Shown here: positions 1 to 26,240 of the stretch, piece by piece
Layout of the letters: each line of letters opens with the position of its first letter
How positions within the stretch are numbered: position 1 is the stretch's first letter
The notes under the pieces: generated by a model
Database searches by the model: none
Told to the model about the DNA's origin: nothing
Seen by the model: the letters and a program-made list of their open reading frames with translations, nothing else
Translations under genes and position numbers: made by a program
DNA from: Chrysomallon squamiferum
Lineage: Eukaryota; Animalia; Mollusca
Assembly (NCBI GenBank): GCA_012295275.1
Contig: CM022679.1
Span: 25,296,001 to 25,360,000 of the forward strand
Reading direction: 5' to 3'
DNA length: 64,000 nucleotides

Positions 1-539
1 TTATATATTATTTTCCTTCAAATGAATCTGAAGATAAATTAATTTTAGTAAGCATACGATTGCCGTATCTAATCGTAAATAAAATGTTCTGATGTTTATT
101 GCGTTTGTAAAGTAAATGAGTAGTAAAATGGGTTGATGTTGTACGTGAACGTTTTTTTTTTTTTTATTGACTGTTTTATTCTACATGTGATTTCCATGGC
201 TACATATCTTTCAAATAAATATTATTTTATTTTGTTGGTGTCTAAAGCGGACTGACTTTAATATGCTTAATTGTCTTCTTGGGACAGCGATGAATTTTTT
301 TTTTTTAAATACTTTTTGATCGTTTTATTTTTGCTGTACAATTGGAAATACTATATAATATGTTAAAACTGAATCTAGTTGTTTAAGCTGAATAGAATAT
401 TCTGCAATACATTTTTAAAACAAATTATTTTATTTATTCATTCATTCATGTATTTGTGTTTTTGTTAAGACAGTTACATCAGTTTGTATTACAGCTGTAT
501 TGTTTAGTATTACTCAACAACAATTTCAATTGAATTTAG

Positions 540-11973
<11,434 letters not shown>

Positions 11974-14851
11974 AACAAACAGAAAAACAAATTACAAAAA
12001 CAAACCGCCGGCAACGACAGAACCAATCGCTAAGACAACAGCGACAATTCCTAGCAACAACTGTCAGTTTCAGTATCAACTTCAGTGTAAATGACAGATC
12101 CCTTTTTCTAAATTCAACCTTAAGTCACCAAAAACTTATTTCAAGATATATCTTTATCAGATTTGCATTATCTATTCAGTGAAGTTCAATAATATATTGT
12201 TGGCCTGTTTCAACTGATAAATGGACGTGAGATCATTCGTGGTAAGAGTTGTGGTTCGTGAATAGGTAATTTTTCTGTTATTTTGATGTTTACTACTGCA
12301 GACGACCATAGAGAGTTGTCGTTCCTGAGAGGTTATCTTTCACGAATTAAGCACGATCGCATCATATGGATCGTTTTCATTTTTTACAATTTTTTTTTTT
12401 TTCTAATATTCAGTTATTATTTTTACCTATATCCATGTTATGCTTTATTTTCGGATTTCCAGTTACTTCTTTTTAAGAAGTTCCCCTAACAAAAACATTT
12501 AAAACATAGTAAATTAGCTGAAAAAAGCGAAAAAGAAAGATAACGAGCGCCTATAGTGGCCGTTAAGATTGCTACACACTAAGAAGGTAAACCGTTTTTT
12601 TATTACACGCAGTAGGGCCCTTAACCATACCTTAAAAGGGCCTCGTTCAACGTCTGGAAAGTTCTATTTTTTTACTTATTGTAATATTGTAAAATTCGCT
12701 GGTAGCTATCTTTTTACTTATTATAATATTTTGTGTAAGTTACAGTTTTTGGAAAATGTCGGTAACATATTTACCATTTACCTAAATAGCTTATTTTAAT
12801 ACAGTTTAACATTTCGTAATTAACTTGTATATATCATTAAATTAAGTAGATATGTTACCCATTCATTTCTACAAATATTCCTAACAGTATGTATTAATTA
12901 AATATCTACTGTTGGTTAACAGTAATCCAGTTAATGAAATCAACAAACAATTAACGATCATTAGCGAGAGACAAAAGGAATTTTTGTCAGCTACGCTCTG
13001 CTGACTTCATGGAAGTCCGAGACGTGTTTATCTGAGTAAAAGACAAAAGAGACCAGGGTATCAGAAAGCGTGCCTGTCGCAGACAGCTCGCTCTGATTAG
13101 CACGTTAAATTTGTTTTCATTCCATTCCATTCCAGAGCCCAGGGAGACCAAAAAGAACAAAGATAGGAGAAAGACACAGAGAACGTGGGACGGTGAAGTT
13201 GGCGGCAATTATTAGGCAATTATGTTGGTAACTATTTTCCGCTAGCTTTGTTCAAGTCGGAAGCAGTGACAAATGGTTATCCTGTTTCTGTGCCCTCTGT
13301 TTGATTCATTGATCAATTTGATGTAACATGTATATGCTCTATAGAGAGTTTGACTTATATATATATTTCTAGTTAGTGAAAATTAAAGAAATAGAAATTG
13401 TAATATTTCATTTAACGCCAACTCCCTTGTCCTCAACCACTAAATAATAAGTATACATGTGTAAAATAAATAATTATCTTTGTAATATAAATACTGTGTT
13501 GTGTTTTAGTGTTCATAGTGATATTATATATAGTTTATATCTGTAGTACATGCAAACATATGTATCTATTATAATCAACCGTCGCAGTTTTTTAATTACA
13601 GAGTCCACCAAAAGGCGCAGTTCCTAGACATGAAACGATCCATATTTGAATAGGGTCGTTAGCACTTGAAAGCTAACACAGCTTTTGCGCTGGGCCCCGT
13701 GACACCCACACTACTGTGTGCGCACGCTTTGCCAACGCGAAAGTTCGGTTGACATGCAATACTGTGCATGCGTGACTGGTGAGTCACGGTGAGTTGTCCT
13801 TGTTGCGGGATAGGCGGTCACGCTGGTCATTTACTGCGCAAAACATATTGCGAATCGTAACCAATGTTTTATTGTACATTGTTTTTGTATTATAGAGTGA
13901 CACTGCAGCAAATCTATTCTTTAACATCGACACTAATCGTTTTTAAGCAATATTACATTTCTAAGTGAAACTCATATGTGAAAATATAATTATAGCCAAG
14001 GAATAACCAACATTGTTTTTGCGACTTGACATAGCATTTAGTACAACGCACATTTAGAAAGTTAATCACTGAAAATGAATCTTTATCTAAATAAAACAGA
14101 CTTTCAGAATTATGAAACAAGCACAGAAACACTAAATTAATTTAATATTTTCAAAATATGAAAACAAAACACAAATTAAATTTATACGATATTTATTCCA
14201 ATATCGTCCAACAAAAAAGTAAAAAAAGGAGACGAAGTAAATATGAAAATAGTATTATAAACGGGTAAATACAAAATTTTAGTAATTGAACAAATATGAA
14301 AATATTATGCTATGTATTGCACAACTACTACAGTAATACTGTTTTTTCAAAAGTTATCGACTATTATATTAGAGTTCCAAGCTTATGTGTGATTTTCATA
14401 AATGCGTTTGTATTCTGGACACAGCTTAAAATGATTTCAAACACATCCAGGTTCCACTATAGGCCTTTTGTGTGCTTAAACTATAATAATGTCCTTTCAA
14501 TGACACCCATTCTTGCTTGGCACATTGAATGACTATTAGAGTTAATGGCAAAGACTAACTTTTAGTGCATATATTTCAATCACCAAAAAAAAAAAAAAAA
14601 AATTAAAAAAATGAAAATCCTAATAAAAATGTAGGGTTATTTCCAAAAGTAAAATTACAAAACATTTGTGTGTGTAATCGCGTGCATGTGTGTGTGTGTG
14701 TGTGTGTGTGCGTGCGCAAGAGTGTGAGAGTTAGATTTTTAAGGAAATAATAAACAAAGTTATCCCATAAAGATTCATAAAAATAATTAGATACTTAGAA
14801 ACAAGATGTTAGTGTTTGTCGATAACTATCAGTATTAAAAACAAAAGCCTC

Positions 14852-14888
<37 letters not shown>

Positions 14889-14977
14889 TATTTTTAAATA
14901 TGTGGATCTGATGCGTATAAAAGGTTCATTAGTAATCTCTTAAATTTGTAATTCATCAAGTTTGGGCGTTCATTTGA

Positions 14978-15171
14978 TCAGTTTCTTTCGTAAACACAGT
15001 GAGCAGTATTGAATGAATCGGCATAATTGCAGGTTTTGTATCTAGTGTCCCACACCAGTGTTGCGCCACATGGCATGCTAAACTGACCCCAGCTCAGACA
15101 CCAGTAGTATTTGTTACAGTTGGCTGGATCAGGGTACATCCCAACAGCTTTGCCTCGACAAGTGAAAGGTT
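14978..15171 (-). other. CBM14 / peritrophin-A chitin-binding domain exon
   Basis: Six-Cys pattern [40 protein letters not shown]. Confidence 0.92.
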
Positions 15172-15191
15172 CTAAACAAAAATAATAATAA

Positions 15192-15228
<37 letters not shown>

Positions 15229-18200
15229 TTTTAGTAAAATACAAGAAATCGTTTAGCCGTAAAGAAAAGAATATAACCATTATTTTTTAAATTGTTGTTA
15301 AATTAAAATTGTATCTCGATCTTGATAAAGAAAAAAAAAAATTATAATCCAACTGAATTATTCTCCTCCTGTAGCCGCCATACTCTTTCACTTACATAAT
15401 TCTTGCTTTACAATATCAACATATTTTATGTTTAAAATGAAATTTCTGAAAACGGCAAACCTGGCGACGCAGGTCCAGATGTAGCACATTTAGCTGTAGT
15501 AGCAGCAATTGTCGTCGGTCTGGTTGATGGACGAGTTGAACGCGTCGATGACCGGGATGAGGTCAAAACAGAAATTGTCGACGTCTGATGGTTTCGAGTT
15601 GTCGGAGCAGATTGGGTCACTTGACCATTGTCCAGAATATCGGTAACGGTTTTTATGAGGGGATACTTCCTGGTGCTGGTTGGAGTGCAAACCATGTTAA
15701 AGTCATCGAGATCAAGAGCCCAAAACATAACTCCACCGTAATTATTAGATTTCAACCATTCCGCCTGTTACAACAATTTAAACAGTCAACAGTGAAAATA
15801 ATTCTACAAAATATGTTTTTAAAACGTAAACATACTTTAGTTACGTTCCATATGTACAATATTTTATATATTTGTAATTACTTATCTGCAATATTCATTC
15901 ATTCATTCATTCATTCATTCATTCGAACAAAGCTGAGGTTGTGCAGTGGTCTGAAACTCTGAATAAGCAACATAATAAAGACAATTTAGAAATTAACTTC
16001 CTGCAAATAGACCATCCACTGAAGAGAAATACATCTACAAGTGCTAATACATGATATCTGCTACTGGAGAAAAAAAACCCCATCCTAAATGTAGAGATGG
16101 AACTTCAAAAAAGAAAAACGTTAATTTCTTTTCCAGTAATTATCGAGAGAAGGTGGGTGTTACCTTGATTCGCAAGCTCTGCTCGTTGTCAAAGCCAATC
16201 CACAAAGTGTCTTTAACATAATAAGGAACTTTCTGTACGTCATCGAACACGACCCGGCCTGCACCTCTATTGATTTCCTGACAAATCTACAATTTCAAAA
16301 AAATTAAAATCAGTCCGTACACAATGTGGTGAAAAATGTAATTATACAGATCAAAAACTAAACAATTTCGAAACTTTAGATGGTGACAAAATGCTGAGAT
16401 AATAATTGAGAGTGGGGAATTATTTTGGCCAGCATATTCTGTATTTAACTGAGGAAATTTTTAACACGTACTTCATAATATGACCAGAATCCTTGTGAAC
16501 GCGTCACTGGTCCAGCGGGGCCGGTTGCTGCCGCGGCACCAACTACGTTGTTGCTTGGATTACTCAAGGTGAAACTTCTTCCATACGTCGCCATTCCAAT
16601 AGTGATCTTGTTCTTAGGCATGCCGTTTTCATTCCACCACCTTGCAGCAGAATCCTGTGTCAAAATCGTAACAATTTAGTATCCACAAAAAACAAATATT
16701 TTACTTGAGCAATTGTTTGAAATATAATAGAGGAAGTGACTTCAAAAAATGTATTTAGCATGTTCAAACATTTGTCTGCGTAAAATATTCACTTACCATG
16801 TTGAATTCAGGATTATCATCGGATGGAGAGCCAAAGAGTGGACTGTTGAATCCTGTTTTATGATCCCAGCCACCATGGAAATCGTAAGACATCAAGTTTA
16901 TGAAGTCGAAATATCTATATAAAATTTTGTATTAAAATAATGCGGCTTATATAGATAGATTACATTCAGAAATAAAAATAACAAGTGATATTAGACAAAC
17001 AATAGTTGTCGTAGGTTAGAATTCGAAATTGTATTTTGATTTATAAACTTGAAGAATAGAAGATGAAACCGTTTTACTTGTAGCTATAGAGGGTAGGTGT
17101 CTACCGTGTGTTTTGTTCTTCCTCAAGTTTTACAACTCACCTACTCAAAGCCGGAACATCGTAACCATTGGAGGCCGTTTGTGGGCTGGCTGGAACAGCG
17201 GCAGTAAGGAGAAAACGAGGTAAACCACTCTGTCTGGAATCTACCGTGAAAGCTTCAGCCAGTTCCTGCATTTGGAAGTTAATTTAAAGTGACAAATGTA
17301 AAATCGACTAATATGTTTTCTTCATCATCATCATTTCTATCATTATTATCATCATCATTATCATCATCAACATTATATTTAAATCGAGAATATCAGATTA
17401 CGGAAAGAAAAATGACATTTGTTACTGAATTTTATTTCGCCTATATACATTTTACCACTAATATTCGTGTTTCATTTTAATCGGAGAAATTTCGTTTAAT
17501 AAATTCTAATCACACGGATATTGCAAACGTACCATGCACAGCGTTACTAAATTTTGCTTATCCGCGACTTGACCTCCACGTGCAGCCGGGTATTCCCAGT
17601 CGATGTCAAGCCCATCAAAGCCGTGCGTTCGCATAAACATCACTACATTCCTTATGAAAGTTGCCCTTAATGCTGGGCTGGCAACCATGTTTGAAAACGC
17701 GACGCTTCCGAAATTCCATCCTCCAAAAGCCAGCAATAGCTTCAAATTTCTGTTTTCTTGTTTTTTCTCATTCAAGGTCACATAACTGGAAAAAAAGAAT
17801 AGAAGAATGATCATCATTTGTTTATTATTATTACTATTATTATTACTGCTAGTATTATTATTATTATCAGCAGTTCTGAATATTAATAAAACAGTAAAGA
17901 TTTTATTATGGATATTGTTTATTACCGACGTACTGATGTTTAGTAGTTCTGCGTAAGCAACCAAAACGCACCGTAGATCTACACCTTACCCACACATGCC
18001 TGACCCATGATCTGACCATGCTCGCTCAGGCCTCACCCATAAGCACGCTACACTACACATACCACAGCCAGATATATGTCATACTCACAGACACGCCACA
18101 CTCATGCATATGCAACACCATCCACGCATTTAGGTCCCACAAAAAAAGAAAAATGCAAATTCGTACTCATTTTCGTCCCTTCCCGGTTCGAAAGGAGTCA

Positions 18201-20947
18201 CGTTTCCACTGGCATCAAACGTACCAAAGGCGAAGACGATGTGCGTACACAGAAAAGGATCCACGTGTTCTGGACCGAATTTTCCAATCCCCTGGCGCCA
18301 TCTGGACCAGTTTGTGAAATAACACACCTTTCTGTAATTCGTTGGAGCTGAACAAATAACAAAAACTTTAAATGAAAAAAAACCTGTTGTCGTTTCAAAG
18401 GTATTTGTAACTGAATGTTTGTAAATAAAACTCCGTAACTTTACACGAAACGTATATATTTTCTTTTAAACTGTGAAGTCAAAACATGAGTGACAAAACA
18501 AAACAAAACAAAAAAATTTAAATGTCCTTTGAATTATTCTCCTTCTGTAGCCATACATTTCCGTTTAGATAATTTTAGCTTTACAATATACACAGATTTT
18601 ATGTTTTAAAATGAAATCTCTGAAAACGGGAAAAACCTGGCGAGACAGATCCAGATGTAGTAGCAGGAGCTGTTGTCGGTGCGGCTGAAGAACGCATCGT
18701 CATGTCGCTTGATGTCGTAGAAATCCGGGCTGATGTCAAAAGAGAAGTTGTCGGAGCAGATTGGGTCACTTGACCATTGTCCAGAATATCGGTAACGGTT
18801 TTTATGAGGGGATACTTCCTGGTGCTGGTTGGAGTGCAAACCATGTTAAAGTCATCGAGATCAAGAGCCCAAAACATAACTCCACCGTAATTATTAGATT
18901 TCAACCATTCCGCCTGTTACAACAATTTAAACAAAGTGAAAATAATTCTACAAAAAATGTTTTTAAAACGTAAACATCTTTAGTTACGTTCCACATGTAC
19001 AATATTTCATATTTTTGTAATTACTTATCTGCAATTCACTGAAAATTCATTCGTTCATTCATTTATTCATTCATTCGAACAAAGCTGACGCTGTGCAGTG
19101 GTCTGAAACTCTCTGAATAAGCAACATAATAAAGACAATTTAGAAATTAACTTCCTGCGAATAGACCATCCACTGAAGAGAAATACATCTACAAGTGCTA
19201 ATACATGATATCCGTTGCTCTTCCATCTTAAATGTACAGTTAGAGCTTCAAAAAACACAAACGTTAATTTCTTATCCAGTAATTATCGAGAGAAGGTGGG
19301 TGTTACCTTGATTCGCAAGCTCTGCTCGTTGTCAAAGCCAATCCACAAAGTGTCTTTAACATAATAAGGAACTTTCTGTACGTCATCGAACACGACCCGG
19401 CCTGCACCTCTATTGATTTCCTGACAAATCTACAATTTCAAAAAAATTAAAATCAGTCCGTGCACGAATACAATGTGGTTAATAAAGTAATTATACAGAT
19501 CAAAAACTAAAAAATTTCGAAACTTTAGATGGTGACAAAATGCTGAGATAATAATTGAGAGGGGGCAATTATTTCGACAAGCATATTCTGTATTTAACTG
19601 AGGAAATTTTTAACACGTACTTCATAATATGACCAGAATCCTTGTGAACGCGTCACTGGTCCAGCGGGGCCGGTTGCTGCCGCGGCACCAACTACGTTGT
19701 TGCTTGGATTACTCAAGGTGAAACTTCTTCCATACGTCGCCATTCCAATAGTGATCTTGTTCTTAGGCATGCCGTTTTCATTCCACCACCTTGCAGCAGA
19801 ATCCTGTGTCAAAATCGTAACAGTTTAGTATCCACAAATTTTTGTTTGATGAATTGTTTGAAATGTAAAGCAGCATATGACTTCAAGATATTTATTTAGC
19901 ATGCTCAAACATTTATCTGCGTAAAATATTCACTTACCATGTTGAATTCGGGATTATCATCGGATGGAGAGCCAAAGAGTGGACTGTTGAATCCTGTTTT
20001 ATGATCCCAGCCACCATGGAAATCGTAAGACATCAAGTTTATGAAGTCGAAATATCTGTGTTAAAATAATAAAATGCGGCTTAGATTACATTCAGAAATA
20101 AAAATAAGTGATATGAGACAAACAATAGTTGTCGAAGGTTAGAATTCGAAATTGTATTTTGATTTATAAACTTGAATAGAAGATGAAACCGTTTTACTTA
20201 TAGCCATAGCTGGTAAGTGTCTACCGTGTGTTTTGTTCTTCCTCAAGTTTTATGTGTACAACTCACCTGCTCAAAGCGGGAACATCGTAACCATTGGACG
20301 CCGTTTGTGGGCTGGCTGGAACAGCGGCAGTAAGAAGAAAACGAGGTAAACCACTCTGTCTGGAATCTACCGTGAAAGCTTCAGCCAGTTCCTGCATTTG
20401 GAAGTTAATTTTAAATCACTATGTGAAAAATGTAAAATCGACTAATACGTTTTCATCATCATCATCATTATTATTATATTTAAATCGAGAATATCAGATT
20501 ACGGAAAGAAAAATGACATTTGTTACTGAGTTTTATTTCGCCTATATATATTTTACTAATATTCGTGTTTTATTTTAGTCGGAGAAATTTCGTTAAATAA
20601 ATTCTAATCACACGGATATTGCAAACGTACCATGCACAGCGTTACTAAATTTTGCTTATCCGCGACTTGACCTCCACGTGCAGCCGGGTATTCCCAGTCG
20701 ATGTCAAGCCCATCAAAGCCGTGCGTTCGCATAAACATCACTACATTCCTTATGAAAGTTGCCCTTAATGCTGGGCTGGCAACCATGTTTGAAAACGCGA
20801 CGCTTCCGAAATTCCATCCTCCAAAAGCCAGCAATAGCTTCAAATTTCTGTTTTCTTGTTTTTTCTCATTCAAGGTCACATAACTGGAAAAAAAGAATAG
20901 AAGAATGATCATCATTTGTTTATTATTATTACTATTATTATTACTGC

Positions 20948-21004
<57 letters not shown>

Positions 21005-21731
21005 AGCAGTTCTGAATATTAATAAAACAGTAAAGATTTTATTATGGATATTGTTTATTACCGACGTACTGATGTTTAGTAGTTCTGCGTAAGCAACCAA
21101 AACGCACCGTAGATCCTATACCTTACCCACACATGCCTGACCCATGATCTGACCATGCTCGCTCAGGCCACGCCCATAAGCATGCTACACTTCACATGCC
21201 ACACCCAGATATATGTCATACTCACAGACACGCCACACTCATGCACATGCCACACCAACCACGAATTTTGGTCCCACAAAAAAAGAAAAATGCAAATTCG
21301 TACTCATTTTCGTCCTTTCCCGGTTCGAAAGGAGTCACATTTCCACTGGCATCAAACGTACCAAAGGCGAAGACGATGTGAGTACACAGAAAAGGATCCA
21401 CGTGTTCTGGACCGAATTTTCCGATCCCCTGGCGCCATCTGGACCAGTTTGTGAAATAACACACCTTTCTGTAATTTGTTTGAGCTGAACAAATAACAAA
21501 AACTTTAAATGAAAAAAAAAACCTGTGGTCGTTACACGGATATTTGTAAATCAAACTCCATAACTTTACACAAAATGTATATTTTCTTTTAAACTGCAAA
21601 GTCAAAAGATATGTACCAAAATAATCATCAAAATAAAATATTTTGTATAAATAAATGGAGGTAAACTGTTATAAACCTTGAATGTCCAGAACAGCAACCA
21701 TCAGAGCGTATATTACGACTGCCAGCATCAT
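14978..21731 (-). CDS. Secreted GH18 chitinase with two catalytic domains and a C-terminal chitin-binding type-2 (CBM14) domain, ~931 aa
   Basis: Exons (minus strand): 21731-21677 (signal [18 protein letters not shown]), 21484-21304, 20883-20631, 20391-20267, 20055-19938, 19803-19621, 19429-19307, 18913-18637, 18347-18167, 17785-17533, 17265-17141, 16914-16797, 16654-16472, 16286-16164, 15764-15461, 15171-14978. Total 2796 nt, in frame. Both domains keep [21 protein letters not shown] and TYGR. Confidence 0.95.
15340..21605. repeat. Tandem intragenic duplication (~3.1-3.15 kb unit: ~15340-18480 and ~18530-21605)
   Basis: Exons and introns are nearly identical between copies, e.g. 16140-16680 versus 19280-19830, and ORFs 16445 and 19594 are identical. 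Confidence 0.95.
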
Positions 21732-24624
21732 TCTTCCACACTGAGCAGAAACCTAAAACGAATTAAAATATTGTTTTTACTCGTTAATATAAATTTTCAG
21801 TAGCGCACTGCTTTGCCTAAGAAAGGAATGTGTTCGGTAATACGTACAGTCGAACTGAGGTTGTAGAAAATGTAGAATTATACTTAAATGTCTGTGTGAA
21901 AGACATTTCCATTGTCACTTTTGACATTTGAACCTAAACCTAGTATTACTCATGTGTCAGACGTTTTTATAAAAAAAAAAAAAAAAAAAAAAGAAAACTA
22001 AAAAACACAAACTTTTCAAAGAATAAACCCATATTCAGTAACTATATTATTTGTGGACTTAAAAAAAAATGCTTATGGATAGCAGTATCTGAAACAACAC
22101 AATTTTTAAAATGATTATAAACAGTTTAATATGTTTAATAGTTATTAAACGATGAAATATCAACGCGTTTCTGGGTATGTTAAAGAACTACAAAAAGAAA
22201 CAAAAAGGATCAATGATTAAGATAAAATAATATTTTATAAAATGACTTTATAGTATACTGTATGATAAATTAATAGAATCAATGAAAAAAAAAAGTTTTA
22301 CGACGTCCCATCAGTAACCGAAATTTCAAAAGAAAACCTCAAAAAAAAAAAAAAAAAAATATAGGGTAATTAATATATTACGCTAAATAGACGTTTCACA
22401 CTTTGTAAAATCTTCGAACATTTTAAGTGTTTGATTTTACGATTAGTTTGAAAAAAAAGTCATGATCTCTTTTATACAGTATTTCACGATAGACCAACCA
22501 ACCATTCATCAAACAATGAAAAACACGACCGAGTCGACACTGTGCTTAGGTCATCTACACCCTGTAATCACTGAGATTATATTACATACGTGCTGCATTT
22601 GAGGCCAGTGTTTACATGACTAAGCATACGTAATTTATGACATTGTCACCTAATATTTTTTTTTTTTTTTTTTCTTCTTCTTCGATTTTTGTAATTAACT
22701 TTTTCAACTTCGGTGTGTTTGTGTGTATTAAGTACATATATCAGTACCTCCATCTCACTTGTGTATGTATTGTACCTTTAATTTATAAACTGTAGTATTT
22801 GCTTTGTGTTGTATAAAATACTAAGAATAAATGCACTAATTTAGAATAGAGGTTTAAACAAATCGATAAAAGGTGTGAAAAAATTAACCTGTGATATAAT
22901 TATATTATAAAATTGGCATTGTCTTGTATAAAAAGAAGATTAACAAGCGTTATAAAATACACAAAAATTAATTTACATTATGAAATTAACATTACTTCTT
23001 TAAAACGAACATCGGTTATAAAAATTACATAATAAAAATGAGCAATCGGTACATAAATTAATAAAGATTAAAATTAAAATTAAAAATAATGAATTATAAC
23101 TATAAACATAGGTTTAATACAGTACATATCAGCATACGTTATAGAAACTGATAACGGTTGTAAGTATTAAAATAAAGATTAACAATTATAAATATTAATA
23201 TGGGTTACAAAAATTAACACAATAAAAACTGGCATTCGTTATGTTAAACTAATACTCGCTGTTCACATTATAAACATGGGTTATAAAAATTAATTTACTC
23301 ACCATTGCGGTCGTTCGAAATGATCTGTGAAATTGTGTCAAGCCGATGTCTTGATGAAATTATTTATACAACTGAGATCGTAAATAGATTATCGTCTTTC
23401 CCGTTAATGTTCGGAATACACCGGAAAACCTGTCATACAATACACGTTAGTAATTTCATTATCTTTTCCGAAACACTTGAACTGATACCGTGCGTCTGGA
23501 GTGTTTAGTGTCACCGAGTAAATTCGAAATGATATATCTGCTTTTAACTATCTCGGTTTGTCTCCGATGAAAACTTACACCACGTTTTATTTGTTGTGTC
23601 TGTTAGAATAGTACTTTCTCTCGGTTTTTTTTCTTTTTCTGATTGTTAGAAAAGAACTTTATCAAGCAATTTTTTTTTTTTATTTTTTATTACTTCTTCA
23701 TTTTCCCCCCATTATTCTTGCTTCTTTGATTGTAGGGGATTTTACTTTTATTTTTTTTTTTATTTTTTTTTTTCTGTCTTTGTTTTTATAAATAAATTAA
23801 ATATATATATATACTGTAAGAAATATTACTGAATTTATTTCTGCAATATGCAGAAAAATATTAAATAAAAATCTTATTATTCGAATTAAATTTTATAATT
23901 TTCGCATTTTCGTATAGTCAACATTTTTTCCGAAAATTAACCTTATTTTAAGCTACAAAAAAGATTTTAACTTTTGGAAAGAAAACTCCACATTCGTCAA
24001 ATTTATAATTTATATATAATTATTTTAAATAATTAATTCGTGTCGTCTGGTTTAAAATATATTTATAAAAAAGAAGTCATGCATTTCTGTACTTACAGCT
24101 TTGTAGAACAGTTACGTTATGCCGTTTAGCAAAGGACACGTCTTTTTCTATTCAGGACTGAATCCGTGCAAATTACCTTGTGATCGTGTGCAACACAAAA
24201 TCCATGATCACGAAGTAGGCTTTAAGGTTAGGTACCAGAAGGGGTAGACCTAACGGGGAGTTCTTCAACCCCTTGGTTTTCAGATGTGTAGATAGTTTTA
24301 AGTGTGTACGTGTTTTATTGTTTTTTGTTTTTTTTTTGTGTTCGTTTTTATTTTATAAAGAAATTCGTATTATTAGCTTCAGCGTTATAACCATCTTGAA
24401 AACATGGCTTCCCTCTGTCTGAACTTCTGGATCTGCCTCTTCTTAAGCGCGAAATTGAATATTTGCTGTAAGGAGATTATTATTATTATTATTACTTCTC
24501 TTTTTTTTTCATGAATCGACAAGAAAAGAATCGTGACACATCTTATGCTTTATCATCTTACGCTATATTTTTTTACATTGATTTTTTTTTTTACTATTAT
24601 TATATTTTACTTTTTCATCATTAA

Positions 24625-24667
<43 letters not shown>

Positions 24668-24886
24668 TCATTTTCTCGTTTTTTGTAATTATTATTATGT
24701 TTTGATTTGTTTGATTTTTTTTGTGGTCTTTACTTATTTTTATTTTTATTTTTATTTTTTTTACTGGTTCAGGAAATTTAATACTCGATGTAACTTTATC
24801 GTAGTTAATTTATTTATAATTAAAAAAAAAGAAGTTATTTATTTACACAATCACACACAGAGTTACATATTTGTAAGTGTATATCT

Positions 24887-24947
<61 letters not shown>

Positions 24948-26200
24948 CTTTTTATTTAGAGATGCAATGACTGAAACGTGAAGGACAGCAGGATCAAAGC
25001 CTCATTCTTTCATGCATGTGAAAAATACTCGATTCTGTGAATACTAATAGTGAAATTCATTTAATGTTTTAGCTTCACACATATCGTTACATTTAGCTTC
25101 TGCCCAAATTCATTTTGGGTTAAAACAGTTCATCTAAGTTGAAGGATGATGTTAATTATCTATTTTGTATCATTTTAATTTTTTGTACATGTCCTGACCA
25201 GGTCATTTCCTGTACTGTGCAGCTGGTATTTTATATATTTTATATTGTTGTTTTTTTAGATAAAAATATGTTACGTTTATCGTAAGGTGCATGTCAAACG
25301 GTTATTAAGATAACCTGCTTAGCGGATGAAGAAACGGGAGCGGCTTTCTGTTCTCAGAAAATCATGAATGGACAGATCGAGATGATTTTTCTGGTAAATA
25401 CGTTCAGAAACACCTGTGTTGGGCATACCTTTAGTGTCAATAACAGTAAATATAATACCAGATCCTAATACGCCACTGAAGGACTTGAAATATAATACCA
25501 AGAACTGAAGTGTTTTGGTTTGTGGTGGTGATGGTGGTCGTTGTTGGTGTTGCTGTTGTTGTTGCAGATGACGACGACGATCTTGATGTTGATATTGATG
25601 TTGATACTGATGCTGATGTTGATGGTGATGTGTCGTTTTATACACTTGCTATGATCGTTTCTTTATTTTTAACTTAACCGATCACGAATTACCTACGTGA
25701 TCTGAAATAAGGAGGGATTCGGGATCAGTTACAACAACAACTACAACAACAACAACAACAAAAGAACACACGGGAAAGGAAACAGATGGGGAGGACCTAC
25801 TACATTACTTACATTACTCATAGTAATCCTGGTTATCAACAGTTATAGTTTTCAGAGTTGAGGATCGGTGTAACCCCACACATGGTATGAGAGAGGTTAT
25901 CACAAAACACCCATATCGGGTGGGCCGACAGGTGATATCAAAGTTAATACGCAGATGAAACTATATTTTAAGTTCGTTCATGTTATTTTTCATAGTTCTG
26001 TAATTAAACTTATCTTTCTTTTCTTTTTCTTTTCTTTTTTTGTTGAGTATGATTCGTTCTGTTTGAAGTAAAATAAATGAAAATCTGTGTCTCTGTGATT
26101 ACTTTATGGAGAAAATGTGCAAAAGCGGTGTTTGAGTTACTTGGGAAAAAAAAAAAAAAGGTTGTTTTCTATATAACGTTCAAGAGCATTTTACTGATTA

Positions 26201-26240
<40 letters not shown>

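Noticed and set aside
24097-24200. Possible non-coding first exon of the minus-strand chitinase (donor GTAAGT at 24091-24096)
   Set aside because: A single donor match with no other support.
25319-25645. Minus-strand 108-aa His/Gln-rich ORF
   Set aside because: Simple-repeat derived, non-ATG start, and no splice context.
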